64,000 bases of DNA from Gemmatimonadales bacterium (GCA_038321865.1 JBBQFH010000003.1:78773-142772); one strand, 5' to 3'; shown: positions 9,629 through 18,809, counted from the stretch's first letter. Made by a program: numbers and translations. The notes: generated by a model not told the origin, from the sequence alone.

Positions 9629-10400
9629 CCTTCCGGTTCCCATCCTGATCGGCTTCGCCGCGCTGCTGGGTGCCGTCATCGGCAGCTTCCTCAACGTCTG
9701 CATTCTGCGCTGGCCGGCCGAGCAGTCGGTCGTGCGGCCGCCGTCGCGGTGCCCGCGCTGCGGCGCGGGGCTCAAGCCGTGGGACAACATCCCGATCATC
9801 TCGTGGCTGCTCCTCCACGCCCGGTGCCGGAACTGCGGCGAGCCGATTTCGGCCATCTATCCGCTGATCGAGCTGGCGACGGCCGTCATCTGGGCCACGA
9901 TGGTCTGGCAGCACGGCGCCACCCTCGAGGCGCTTCGGGCCTCCGTGTTCGGCACCATCCTGCTCGGCATCGCCATGACCGATCTTCGCGAATACATCAT
10001 CCCGGACGAGTTCTCCCTCGGCGGGCTGGTGATCGGGCTGCTGTTCAGCCTGGCCGGCGGGCTGCCGACGATCGAGACCGCTGTGCTCGGGGCGGCTGTG
10101 GGATTCGCCGTGCTGTGGCTGGTGGGCGTGCTGGGCACGTGGGCGTTCAGGAAGGAAGCGATGGGCGGCGGCGACATCAAGATGATGGCGATGGTCGGTG
10201 CCTTCCTTGGCTGGCAGGGGGTGCTGCTGACGATCTTCCTCGGTGCGCTCCTCGGCACGCTGATCTTCGTCCCGATCACGCTGATCAAGAAAGACAAGCT
10301 GGTCCCCTTCGGCGTCTTCCTCGCACTCGGCGCGGCCGCGACGTACATCTTCGGTCCCCAGATGCTGGCGTGGTATCGCGTCTACCTGGAGAACGCATGA
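9618..10400 (+). CDS. pilD: Prepilin peptidase (A24)
   Basis: GSFLNVCI, two CxxC pairs (CPRC, CRNC), and MGGGDIK. Confidence 0.93.
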   Translation: MTIDLPVPILIGFAALLGAVIGSFLNVCILRWPAEQSVVRPPSRCPRCGAGLKPWDNIPIISWLLLHARCRNCGEPISAIYPLIELATAVIWATMVWQHGATLEALRASVFGTILLGIAMTDLREYIIPDEFSLGGLVIGLLFSLAGGLPTIETAVLGAAVGFAVLWLVGVLGTWAFRKEAMGGGDIKMMAMVGAFLGWQGVLLTIFLGALLGTLIFVPITLIKKDKLVPFGVFLALGAAATYIFGPQMLAWYRVYLENA

Positions 10401-11596
10401 GGTGGCTCTCCGGCCTCGCCGCCCTGACGTCGCTGGCCGGCTGCCGCGGTGAGGCGCCGGGTGCGCCGTCGGCGCAGCAGCTGGTCGACAGCCTCCGTCC
10501 CGCGGTCGAGCGTGCGGCGGCCCTCCGGTTCCGCACGCCGCCCCGCGTCGCGATGCGGAGCCGGGAGCAGGTCCGCGCCTACCTCGCGGCCAAGCTCGAC
10601 GCGGAGCTGCCCGAGTCGCGCGCGCGGGGCATGGAGGCGGCGTACCGGCTCTTCGGCCTGCTGCCGGACAGCGTGCGCCTGCGGCCGCTGCTGCTGGACC
10701 TGTTGAGCGAACAGGTCGTCGGGTACTACGACGCCGATTCGGCGATGCTGTTCGCCGTCAACGGGAGCCCGCGGGAACAGCTCCGCCTGGTCATGGCGCA
10801 CGAGATGGTGCACGCGCTGCAGGGCCAGTACCTGCCGCTCGACTCGATCTTCCACGACCTCCACAGCAACGACCGTCTCACCGCCGCCCAGGCGATTCTC
10901 GAAGGGCAGGCGACCTACGCCTCCATCGGCATTTACGCGCCGCCGGGCAAGGACCTGTCGCACGACGACGACTTCTGGTCGCTGTACGGCGACCAGGTGC
11001 GCGAGCAGCAGGCGGCGATGCCGGTGTTCGCCCGGGCACCGCTGGTGGTGCGGGAGGGGCTGATCTTTCCCTATGTGGCCGGTGCGGAGTTCATGCACTG
11101 GTGGGTGTCGAAGTCGGGTCACGCCGACACGCTGCCCTACGGGCCGCGGATGCCGGCGTCCACCGAGCAGGTGCTCCACCCCGACCGCTACGCGCGCGGT
11201 GATCGCCCGGTCGAGATCGCCTTCGACTCGGCGGCGGCCGATTCCGTCCTGCACGATGACGTGTTGGGGGAAATGGAGTTGCGGGTGCTGGTGGCGCAGG
11301 ACGCCGGCGTGGCGCAGCCCAGTGACCTGACGGCGCTGGGGTGGGGCGGAGACCGGTACCGCGTGGTCGCGACGCCGGCGGGGCCGGCGCTCGTCTGGTA
11401 TCTCATCTTCGATGACGCAGCGAGCACCGATCGGTTTCTCCGTCAGGCGGGCGAGGAGCTCGCGACGACCCGGCGGCCCGGATACCTGGCGAAACTGGAT
11501 CGCGTGACGCTCTCCGGCCGGGCCGCGCTGCGGTTCGTGCTTGCGCCCGCAGGATGGTCGCGCTGGTCCGCGTTGCCGGCCGCTACAATCCGATGA
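10397..11596 (+). CDS. Putative zinc-metallopeptidase lipoprotein (HEXXH...E)
   Basis: Lipobox LAGC, AHEMVHALQ, downstream EGQA. ATGA overlap with pilD. Confidence 0.7.
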   Translation: MRWLSGLAALTSLAGCRGEAPGAPSAQQLVDSLRPAVERAAALRFRTPPRVAMRSREQVRAYLAAKLDAELPESRARGMEAAYRLFGLLPDSVRLRPLLLDLLSEQVVGYYDADSAMLFAVNGSPREQLRLVMAHEMVHALQGQYLPLDSIFHDLHSNDRLTAAQAILEGQATYASIGIYAPPGKDLSHDDDFWSLYGDQVREQQAAMPVFARAPLVVREGLIFPYVAGAEFMHWWVSKSGHADTLPYGPRMPASTEQVLHPDRYARGDRPVEIAFDSAAADSVLHDDVLGEMELRVLVAQDAGVAQPSDLTALGWGGDRYRVVATPAGPALVWYLIFDDAASTDRFLRQAGEELATTRRPGYLAKLDRVTLSGRAALRFVLAPAGWSRWSALPAATIR

Positions 11597-13148
11597 GCTT
11601 CCCCAGCCAGAAGGCGCCGAAGCCGAAGAGTCCCCCGAGCACATAGCCGATCCTGACGATCAGGTCGAGCTCCTTCTGGCTGACGTCGCGGATCAGCCGC
11701 TCGACCCGTTCGATCGGCAGATCGTTCACCTTCTGCTCGATGATTTCCTGCACCCTGATCTGCTGCACCAGCCGCGGGATCTGCGCCTGCACCCACCTCC
11801 ATGCCTCGTCGATCACGCCTGACCGCAGCGACGCCGTCATCTCCGGGCCGATCCACTCGGCGGGGCGGCCGATCGGCTGCTCGAGCAGGCGATCCACCAG
11901 TCCGCGCACCACGGTCTCGACCATGCGTTGCCCCTGGTCGCTGGCCAGGACGCCGGACGCGAACATCGCCACCTTGTCGCCGCGGACGCCGGTGAGCAGG
12001 TCGCCCCAGGTCCGCCGCTCGAGCGCCTGCATCGCCCGGTCGGCGGCGGCGTCGACGACGCGCCGGGTCCCGGGCTCCCGCGCGATCCTGACGAGCCAGT
12101 CGCCAAGTGACTCGCTCACGCCGGTGCGGCGCTCGTCGCCCAGCCGGGCCAGCCGCTCGCTCGTCGGCACCAGCAGGAAGTTGATCACCGCTTCGCGCAC
12201 CGCCCGGGCCAGCTGCTCCCGCATCTCGGGGGCGTCGAAGGCCGCCGCGAAGCGGTCGAAGCCCTCGTGCTCGAACCCGTCCACCAGCCGCTCGATCGTG
12301 CGGTCGGTGACCATCAGCTTGGCCAGCAGCCGCTCGTGCAGCATCATCTCTCGCACCGAGCTGTCGAACGCATCGCGGAGCGCCGCCTCGATCCGGCCGC
12401 GCGCTTCCGGATCGCTCAGCAGCGCGCCCAGACGGTCGAGTGCCACGGGGATGTAGTCGGTGATGGCCTGTTCGATCGCGCCGATGAACCCGGCGGGCAG
12501 GCGGCTCAGGAGGGGCCGGTCGTCACCGGCGAGCTGTTCCGACTGGGTGGCGACGAAGCGGCGGAGCGTGCTCTCGAGCTCGTCGCCTTCGACGAACTGG
12601 CCGACCAACTCGTCCACCTTGCGCCGGATCTTCTCGTGCCGCTCGGCGGTCAGGACCTCCGCGATGGGCCGGTCCGCCACCTCCTGCCGCACCCGTTCCA
12701 GCCACCCGGCCATCTGCTCGATCCCCTCGGCCGAGCGGAGATAGTCGGCCAGCCGCTCCGCCACCCGCGGGGCGACTGACGCCAGTGCCCGGTCGAACGC
12801 CTGACTGACGGTCGGACTCAGGTGCGAGCGCAGCGAGCCCCGGTCCTGATCCACGATCGCGTCGAACATCCGTCCGATCGCGTCGGCGAAGGTATCGCGG
12901 ACGGCTGGCGCGTTGAGCCGCGCATGCAGGTCCTCGGACGTGAGCAACCGCTCACCCACGGTTTTCGCGATGCTGTGCGCCAGCCGGGCCTTGTTCTTGG
13001 GCAGGGCGCCCTGGATCTTGAACGGCCCCCAGCCGCGTCGTTCGTAGGGACGGAAGAGCAGAAAGATCGACGTGGTGTCGGTCATGCCGCCGGCGACCGA
13101 GGCAACGGCGGTGGTGAAGGCCATCTCCCAGAAGGTGTGCTGGTCCAT
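11583..13148 (-). CDS. DUF445-family membrane-anchored protein
   Basis: N-terminal GGMTD...LFRP...QGALPKNKARLA and C-terminal KELDLIVRIGYVLGG around a long helical middle. Confidence 0.85.
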   Translation of the reverse strand: MDQHTFWEMAFTTAVASVAGGMTDTTSIFLLFRPYERRGWGPFKIQGALPKNKARLAHSIAKTVGERLLTSEDLHARLNAPAVRDTFADAIGRMFDAIVDQDRGSLRSHLSPTVSQAFDRALASVAPRVAERLADYLRSAEGIEQMAGWLERVRQEVADRPIAEVLTAERHEKIRRKVDELVGQFVEGDELESTLRRFVATQSEQLAGDDRPLLSRLPAGFIGAIEQAITDYIPVALDRLGALLSDPEARGRIEAALRDAFDSSVREMMLHERLLAKLMVTDRTIERLVDGFEHEGFDRFAAAFDAPEMREQLARAVREAVINFLLVPTSERLARLGDERRTGVSESLGDWLVRIAREPGTRRVVDAAADRAMQALERRTWGDLLTGVRGDKVAMFASGVLASDQGQRMVETVVRGLVDRLLEQPIGRPAEWIGPEMTASLRSGVIDEAWRWVQAQIPRLVQQIRVQEIIEQKVNDLPIERVERLIRDVSQKELDLIVRIGYVLGGLFGFGAFWLGKLIGL

Positions 13149-13177
13149 GCGCGGAAAGTAAGGGGGGCGGTGTAGCG

Positions 13178-13203
13178 GCCGCATCGGTGATGGTACAGTT
13201 TGA
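13178..13203 (+). repeat. Left target duplication (13178-13185) and left terminal IR GGTGATGGTACAGTTTGA (13186-13203)
   Basis: Read directly. The IR starts GGTGATG, like IS1-family GGnnnTG ends. Confidence 0.9.
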
Positions 13204-13240
13204 ATTCGCGGCCCCTAGCCGGAAGTGCTAACTTAGGGGT

Positions 13241-13456
13241 ATGAGCAAGAAAGCCACGCCCGCCCGGCCCCGCGATACGAACCAGCTGGCCGCGTTCGTC
13301 GGCGGGATCGCCACGGAGCAGCGGGAGGAGCCAGAGGCGCCGGAGACGGCCCCAGGCGCCCGTAAGCGGGGCGAGGCGAGGGCGGCGAAGCTCAGCCCGG
13401 AGGAACGGAAGCGCATCGCCCAGAAGGCGGCGAGGGTCCGCTGGGCGAAGGAGTAA
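13241..13456 (+). CDS. Small basic protein (RPRD-N-QLA...RAAKLSPEERKRIAQKAA-RW type) next to the left IR
   Basis: 71 aa, Lys/Arg-rich helical C-terminus. Extended -10 TGcTAACTT lies 6 nt before the ATG. Confidence 0.8.
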   Translation: MSKKATPARPRDTNQLAAFVGGIATEQREEPEAPETAPGARKRGEARAAKLSPEERKRIAQKAARVRWAKE

Positions 13457-13568
13457 CACAGCAACCGCGCCCCGATGGTCTGGGGCGCCGCGCTCGGGAA
13501 CATCAGCAGTTAGCTAGTGTTTTTTCATCTACCACCTCGGCTGTGCCTCCTGGCACGGTTGGGGTCCA

Positions 13569-13613
13569 GAGCGGCCAGAGACGCCTTACTAGGGGCGTTG
13601 TCTCTGGCCGTTC
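13569..13613. terminator. Strong hairpin between convergent genes
   Basis: GAGCGGCCAGAGAC (13569-13582) pairs with GTCTCTGGCCGTTC (13600-13613): 14 bp with one G-U. No clear poly-U tail. Confidence 0.55.
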
Positions 13614-13618
13614 GCCTT

Positions 13619-14278
13619 TCAAGCCTCAGGCGCGCTTCCGAGCAAGATGCGTTCGATGCGGTCATAGAGCCGCTCACTGGCCTCCGGGTCCTCCATCGCC
13701 TCCGCTCGCTTCATCAGGAACTCGACGTACCTGTTGCGAGCATCCTGCATCGCGTTCTCGGCGTCGCCACCTCCCGCGGCGCCGTCATCCTCTGTGCCGT
13801 TGTTGGCGCGTCGCGCGCCCCGCCGCGCGAAGCCAGTGGGGACCTTAAAGTTCTTACTGACAGCAACGCCCGCGAACTTCGCCGCGTGAAGGTAGAACGT
13901 CATGGCCTTGCGCAGCGTGTCCCCAGCTAGCCCCTTGAAAGTCTCTGCAAGCTGGTTCGTGGTGCCGTTGATAGTGCCCAGTCGAACCGCCTCGCCGTAG
14001 TGCGTTTCAAGTAGCCCCTTTATCACTCGCCCCCGGTCCTTCTCGTTGTTCACCAGCTCCTGAAAAATCGGCGTCACTTCGCCACCTGGCTTGATTAGGC
14101 CGAAGAACTTCAGCGCCGCCAATACCTGCGTCTTTTGGCCCTCCGAGCCCCCGAGGGCGCTCCGGTCAATCCGAGGTGGGACGGCGCCCTTGAACTTGTC
14201 CAAGACATTCAGGACGGTTCTAAACGAGGTGTACGGCCAAGTCACCGCGTTCGGCTCCTGCGTGCGCTCTTCAGCCAT
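13619..14278 (-). CDS. DUF5343-like hypothetical protein (element cargo)
   Basis: PYTSFRTVLNVL...PPRIDRS...QVLAALKFFGLI pattern recalled for DUF5343. GGAGGG SD upstream of the ATG at 14278. Confidence 0.7.
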   Translation of the reverse strand: MAEERTQEPNAVTWPYTSFRTVLNVLDKFKGAVPPRIDRSALGGSEGQKTQVLAALKFFGLIKPGGEVTPIFQELVNNEKDRGRVIKGLLETHYGEAVRLGTINGTTNQLAETFKGLAGDTLRKAMTFYLHAAKFAGVAVSKNFKVPTGFARRGARRANNGTEDDGAAGGGDAENAMQDARNRYVEFLMKRAEAMEDPEASERLYDRIERILLGSAPEA

Positions 14279-14326
14279 AACAAACCCTCCATCGGGCACG
14301 GGATACGGGCAGCATCGATAAGAGAC

Positions 14327-14355
14327 AGGATAGCGATTGAATACCACGCCGTCAA
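14327..14355 (-). promoter_or_regulatory. Sigma70-type promoter for the DUF5343-like gene
   Basis: TTGACG-17 bp-TATCCT on the minus strand. Confidence 0.7.
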
Positions 14356-14430
14356 TGGTACGGACGAAATTTGGTGGTACGACGTAGGGGCGCTATTTTG
14401 GTACTCCACTGCTGCATTGGAGGTTTTTGT

Positions 14431-14646
14431 ATGCGCGAAGTGAAGGCAGGACAATCAGTTACAGTGACAACAGCCGACAATCGGGCAGTCAAGCGGAGAG
14501 CCATTAGCGGCGTCGTCAACGGCGACGATTTCCCAGTGATCTGGGTTTGCGACGACACGGAATACGCTGTCGCGAAGCGGGAAGGCCGCTTACCGATAGG
14601 TGTTCCGTGGCCTTCGGATTGCGTTCGGTCGAATGATACCACTTGA
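14431..14646 (+). CDS. Small hypothetical protein (71 aa, element cargo)
   Basis: GGAGGT SD at 14419-14424. Sequence MREVKAGQSVTV...GDDFPVIWVC...GVPWPSDCV. Confidence 0.65.
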   Translation: MREVKAGQSVTVTTADNRAVKRRAISGVVNGDDFPVIWVCDDTEYAVAKREGRLPIGVPWPSDCVRSNDTT

Positions 14647-14671
14647 CAGACGGGCAGTAGTCAAGCATATT
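14642..14671 (+). promoter_or_regulatory. Transposase promoter with overlapping palindrome
   Basis: TTGACA (14643-14648)-17 bp-CATATT (14666-14671). The inverted repeat CTTGAC-N12-GTCAAG covers the -35 and spacer. Confidence 0.65.
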
Positions 14672-14714
14672 CGTTCAGTTAGAGTTTACCATAGTAAACC
14701 GCTGAGCGAGCCAA

Positions 14715-15578
14715 ATGAACCGCCTGAGCACCGAACGTCGCACCCAGATTCTTGCCGCCCTCTGCGAAGGTGCATCGGTGAGCGCCGCCGCGCGCCAGAG
14801 CGGCGCGTCCAAGGTGACGGTCCTCAAGTTGTTGGCCGAGGTCGGGCAGGTGTGCCTAGATTACCAACGCGCGACGCTGGTTGATCTGCCGTGCAAGACG
14901 ATTCAGGCCGACGAAATTTGGTCGTTTATCGCCTGTAAGGAGCGCAACGTTCCCCGTGATGAAAAGGGCCGTGGTCGCGGGGACTGCTGGACCTGGACGG
15001 CGCTGTGCGCCGATACGAAGCTGGTTCCCTGCTGGCACCTCGGCACGCGCGATGCCGATGCCGCCAAGCTATTCATGGAGGATTTGGCATCGCGTCTCGC
15101 GACCCGCGTTCAACTCACGACAGATGGCCACCGCGCCTATCTGTCCGCCGTGGAAAAGGCGTTTGGGTGGAACGGTGTGGACTACGCGATGCTAGTCAAA
15201 CTCTACGGTGCACCGGAGGGGTCAGGCGTACGTCGGTACAGCCCGCCCGAAATTCTCGGCATTGAGCGGCATTGGGTGATGGGGCAGCCAGAGGAGAAGC
15301 TCGTTTCGACGAGCTACGCCGAACGACAGAACCTGACCATGCGCATGAACGTGCGACGGCTGACGCGGCTGACCAACGGCTTCTCCAAGAAGATCGAGAA
15401 CCATGGGCACGCGATGGCGCTGTATTTCATGCACTACAATTTTTGCCGGAAGCACGAGACGCTGACCAAGGCGAAGGGTGGCGTCCACACGACCCCGGCG
15501 ATGGCCGCTGGCGTCGCGGATCGCGTCTGGAAGATCGCCGATATTGTTGCCCTGCTGGAAGCCAAGGAGACCGCATGA
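14715..15578 (+). CDS. IS1-family-like DDE transposase (single ORF)
   Basis: N-terminal HTH (EGASVSAAARQSGASKVTVLK), catalytic D in ADEIWSF, D in TTDG, E in YAERQNLTMR, then HYNFCR and TTPAMAAG. Confidence 0.92.
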   Translation: MNRLSTERRTQILAALCEGASVSAAARQSGASKVTVLKLLAEVGQVCLDYQRATLVDLPCKTIQADEIWSFIACKERNVPRDEKGRGRGDCWTWTALCADTKLVPCWHLGTRDADAAKLFMEDLASRLATRVQLTTDGHRAYLSAVEKAFGWNGVDYAMLVKLYGAPEGSGVRRYSPPEILGIERHWVMGQPEEKLVSTSYAERQNLTMRMNVRRLTRLTNGFSKKIENHGHAMALYFMHYNFCRKHETLTKAKGGVHTTPAMAAGVADRVWKIADIVALLEAKETA

Positions 15579-17107
15579 CGCGTCGCCCGTCGTCCGTGGT
15601 TGATACGCGCGTTATCTACTGCGGGGACTGCTTGGAGCGGCTACGGACGCTGCCGGATGCGTGCGTGGACCTGATCTACATCGACCCGCCGTTTAACTCC
15701 AATCGCAATTACGAGGTGTTTTGGGGCGAGACAAAGGAGAAGCGCGCGTTTGACGACCGTCACGCGAGCACCCAGGCGTACATCGACTACATGCGCCCTA
15801 GGTGCGTCGAGATGGCCCGCGTGCTGAAACAGACCGGCAGCTTCTATTACCACTGTGACTGGCACGCTTCGCACTACGTGAAGGTCATGCTCGACCAGAT
15901 TCTCGGCGAGGACAACTTTCTAAACGAGATCATCTGGCAACGCTCCGATACTCACAACGACGCTAAGAATCAATTTCCGGTTGTGAGTGATTCCATCTTC
16001 CTGTACGGCGGGGGCGGCAATCACTTCTTTCAACCGCAGTACACCGACTATCCCGAAAAGACGTTGCGCGAGTGGTACTTATGGCTAGACCTGCCCGACG
16101 GCACAACGCGGCGCATGACTGAGATAGAGTGCAAGACGCAGGAAATACCTCCAGGCGCGCGACGATTCAACACGGGTGACATGACCAGTCCTAACCCGCG
16201 TCCGAATCTCATGTACGAGTACAAGGGATATTCGTACCCGGCGAAGGGCTGGCGATACTCGCGTGAGACGATGGCAGAGCTTGACGCGAAAGGCTTGTTG
16301 TTGTTTCCGGCCGAGAAAACAGGTCGGATCATGCGCAAGCGGTATCTCGATGAACAAAAGGGGCCGATGCTGGGGAATGTGTGGACCGACATTGACCAGT
16401 TGCGTGCGAACGACGCCGAGCGGCTCGGATATCCCACTCAGAAGCCGCTAGCTCTGCTCGACCGAATCATTCAGGCGAGCAGCAAGCCGAACGATATCGT
16501 GATTGACGCCTTCTGCGGCTGCGGGACGGCGCTAGTCTCGGCCCAACTGCTCAAGCGTCAATGGATCGGCATAGACATCTCTCCAACCGCGTGCCGCGTC
16601 ATGGCCAAGCGCTTGCGGGATGTATGCGAGTTGCGCGAGGATGAATCCCTGTGGCGAGCTGGGCGGGGGCTTGTTGTCCGTGACCTGCCGTGGAGCGAGG
16701 ACCAGCTGCGGAAGCTGCCGCCTTTTGAGTTTGAGAATTGGGCCGTGATCGCGCTCGGCGGGATTCCAAACAAGGCGCAGGTCGGCGACATGGGGATTGA
16801 CGGGCGGATTTATCCGGTTTCAGCGGTCCCGGCCAAGGCCGACACGAAAGACCCGGCTTTCGATTTCATGGATATTTGGTACCCGATCCAGGTCAAGCAG
16901 CGCGACAAGGTGGGACGGCCCGACATCGACTCCTTTGAAGCTGTCATGACGCGCACCGACCGGACCAAGGGCTTCTTTGTGTCCTTCGCCTTTTCACGGG
17001 ATGCGCTGGCCGAGATCGACGCCTTTTTTCGCAAGTCTGGAAAGGTCATTATCCCCCTGACCGTCCGCGAAATCCTAGACGAGCAACTGGCCGCGAAACT
17101 CGCCTAG
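15575..17107 (+). CDS. Beta-class N6A/N4C DNA methyltransferase fused to a C-terminal Mrr-like PD-(D/E)xK nuclease domain
   Basis: DLIYIDPPF (motif IV) precedes YPTQKP and DAFCGCGT (motif I). The C-terminus has FENWA...GDMGIDG...IQVK...GRPDID...KGFFVSF. ATGA overlap with the transposase stop. Confidence 0.88.
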   Translation: MTRRPSSVVDTRVIYCGDCLERLRTLPDACVDLIYIDPPFNSNRNYEVFWGETKEKRAFDDRHASTQAYIDYMRPRCVEMARVLKQTGSFYYHCDWHASHYVKVMLDQILGEDNFLNEIIWQRSDTHNDAKNQFPVVSDSIFLYGGGGNHFFQPQYTDYPEKTLREWYLWLDLPDGTTRRMTEIECKTQEIPPGARRFNTGDMTSPNPRPNLMYEYKGYSYPAKGWRYSRETMAELDAKGLLLFPAEKTGRIMRKRYLDEQKGPMLGNVWTDIDQLRANDAERLGYPTQKPLALLDRIIQASSKPNDIVIDAFCGCGTALVSAQLLKRQWIGIDISPTACRVMAKRLRDVCELREDESLWRAGRGLVVRDLPWSEDQLRKLPPFEFENWAVIALGGIPNKAQVGDMGIDGRIYPVSAVPAKADTKDPAFDFMDIWYPIQVKQRDKVGRPDIDSFEAVMTRTDRTKGFFVSFAFSRDALAEIDAFFRKSGKVIIPLTVREILDEQLAAKLA

Positions 17108-17108
17108 C

Positions 17109-17134
17109 TCAAACTGTACCAGTACGGCCGCATC
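17109..17134 (-). repeat. Right terminal IR TCAAACTGTACCAGTACG (17109-17126) and right target duplication (17127-17134)
   Basis: Reverse complement is CGTACTGGTACAGTTTGA. Flank identity extends to 10 bp (CGGCCGCATC), so the exact boundary is uncertain by 1-2 bp. Confidence 0.88.
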
Positions 17135-17141
17135 CCATCGC

Positions 17142-17170
17142 TTGCTCTCGATGTCCAACCCGTTTAACAT
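17142..17170 (+). promoter_or_regulatory. Sigma70-type promoter of the ffh operon
   Basis: TTGCTC-17 bp-TAACAT, ending 9 nt before the ATG. Confidence 0.6.
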
Positions 17171-17179
17171 TCAGGGCTT

Positions 17180-18520
<1,341 letters not shown>

Positions 18521-18543
18521 CCCCGCACACACCAGGAACGGAC

Positions 18544-18807
18544 ATGGCAACCCGCATTCGTCTGCGTCGCGAAGGTCGCAAGAAGCTCCCGATGTACCGC
18601 ATCGTCATCGCGGACCGGGAAGCGCCGCGCGACGGCCGCTTCATCGAAGTGATCGGCACGTACAATCCGAAGGCCGCCGACGGGAAGCAGGTCACCGTGG
18701 ACGCTGAAAAGGCGCGCGAGTGGATCGGCAAGGGCGCGACGGCGACGGAAACCGTGCAGTCGCTGCTGAAGAAGGCCGGCGTCTTCCAGCCCGTCGCCGC
18801 CTCGTAA
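18544..18807 (+). CDS. rpsP: 30S ribosomal protein S16
   Basis: IRLRREGRKKLPMYRIV...PRDGRFIEVIGTYNP. Confidence 0.98.
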   Translation: MATRIRLRREGRKKLPMYRIVIADREAPRDGRFIEVIGTYNPKAADGKQVTVDAEKAREWIGKGATATETVQSLLKKAGVFQPVAAS

Positions 18808-18809
18808 CC

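Larger units (their letters stand above)
13186..17126. mobile_element. IS1-family-like transposable element with passenger genes (3941 bp)
   Basis: Terminal IRs match at 15/18, including a perfect 13-bp core TGGTACAGTTTGA. Direct repeat GCCGCATC at 13178-13185 and 17127-17134. Internal DDE transposase. Visibly more AT-rich than the flanks. Confidence 0.92.
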
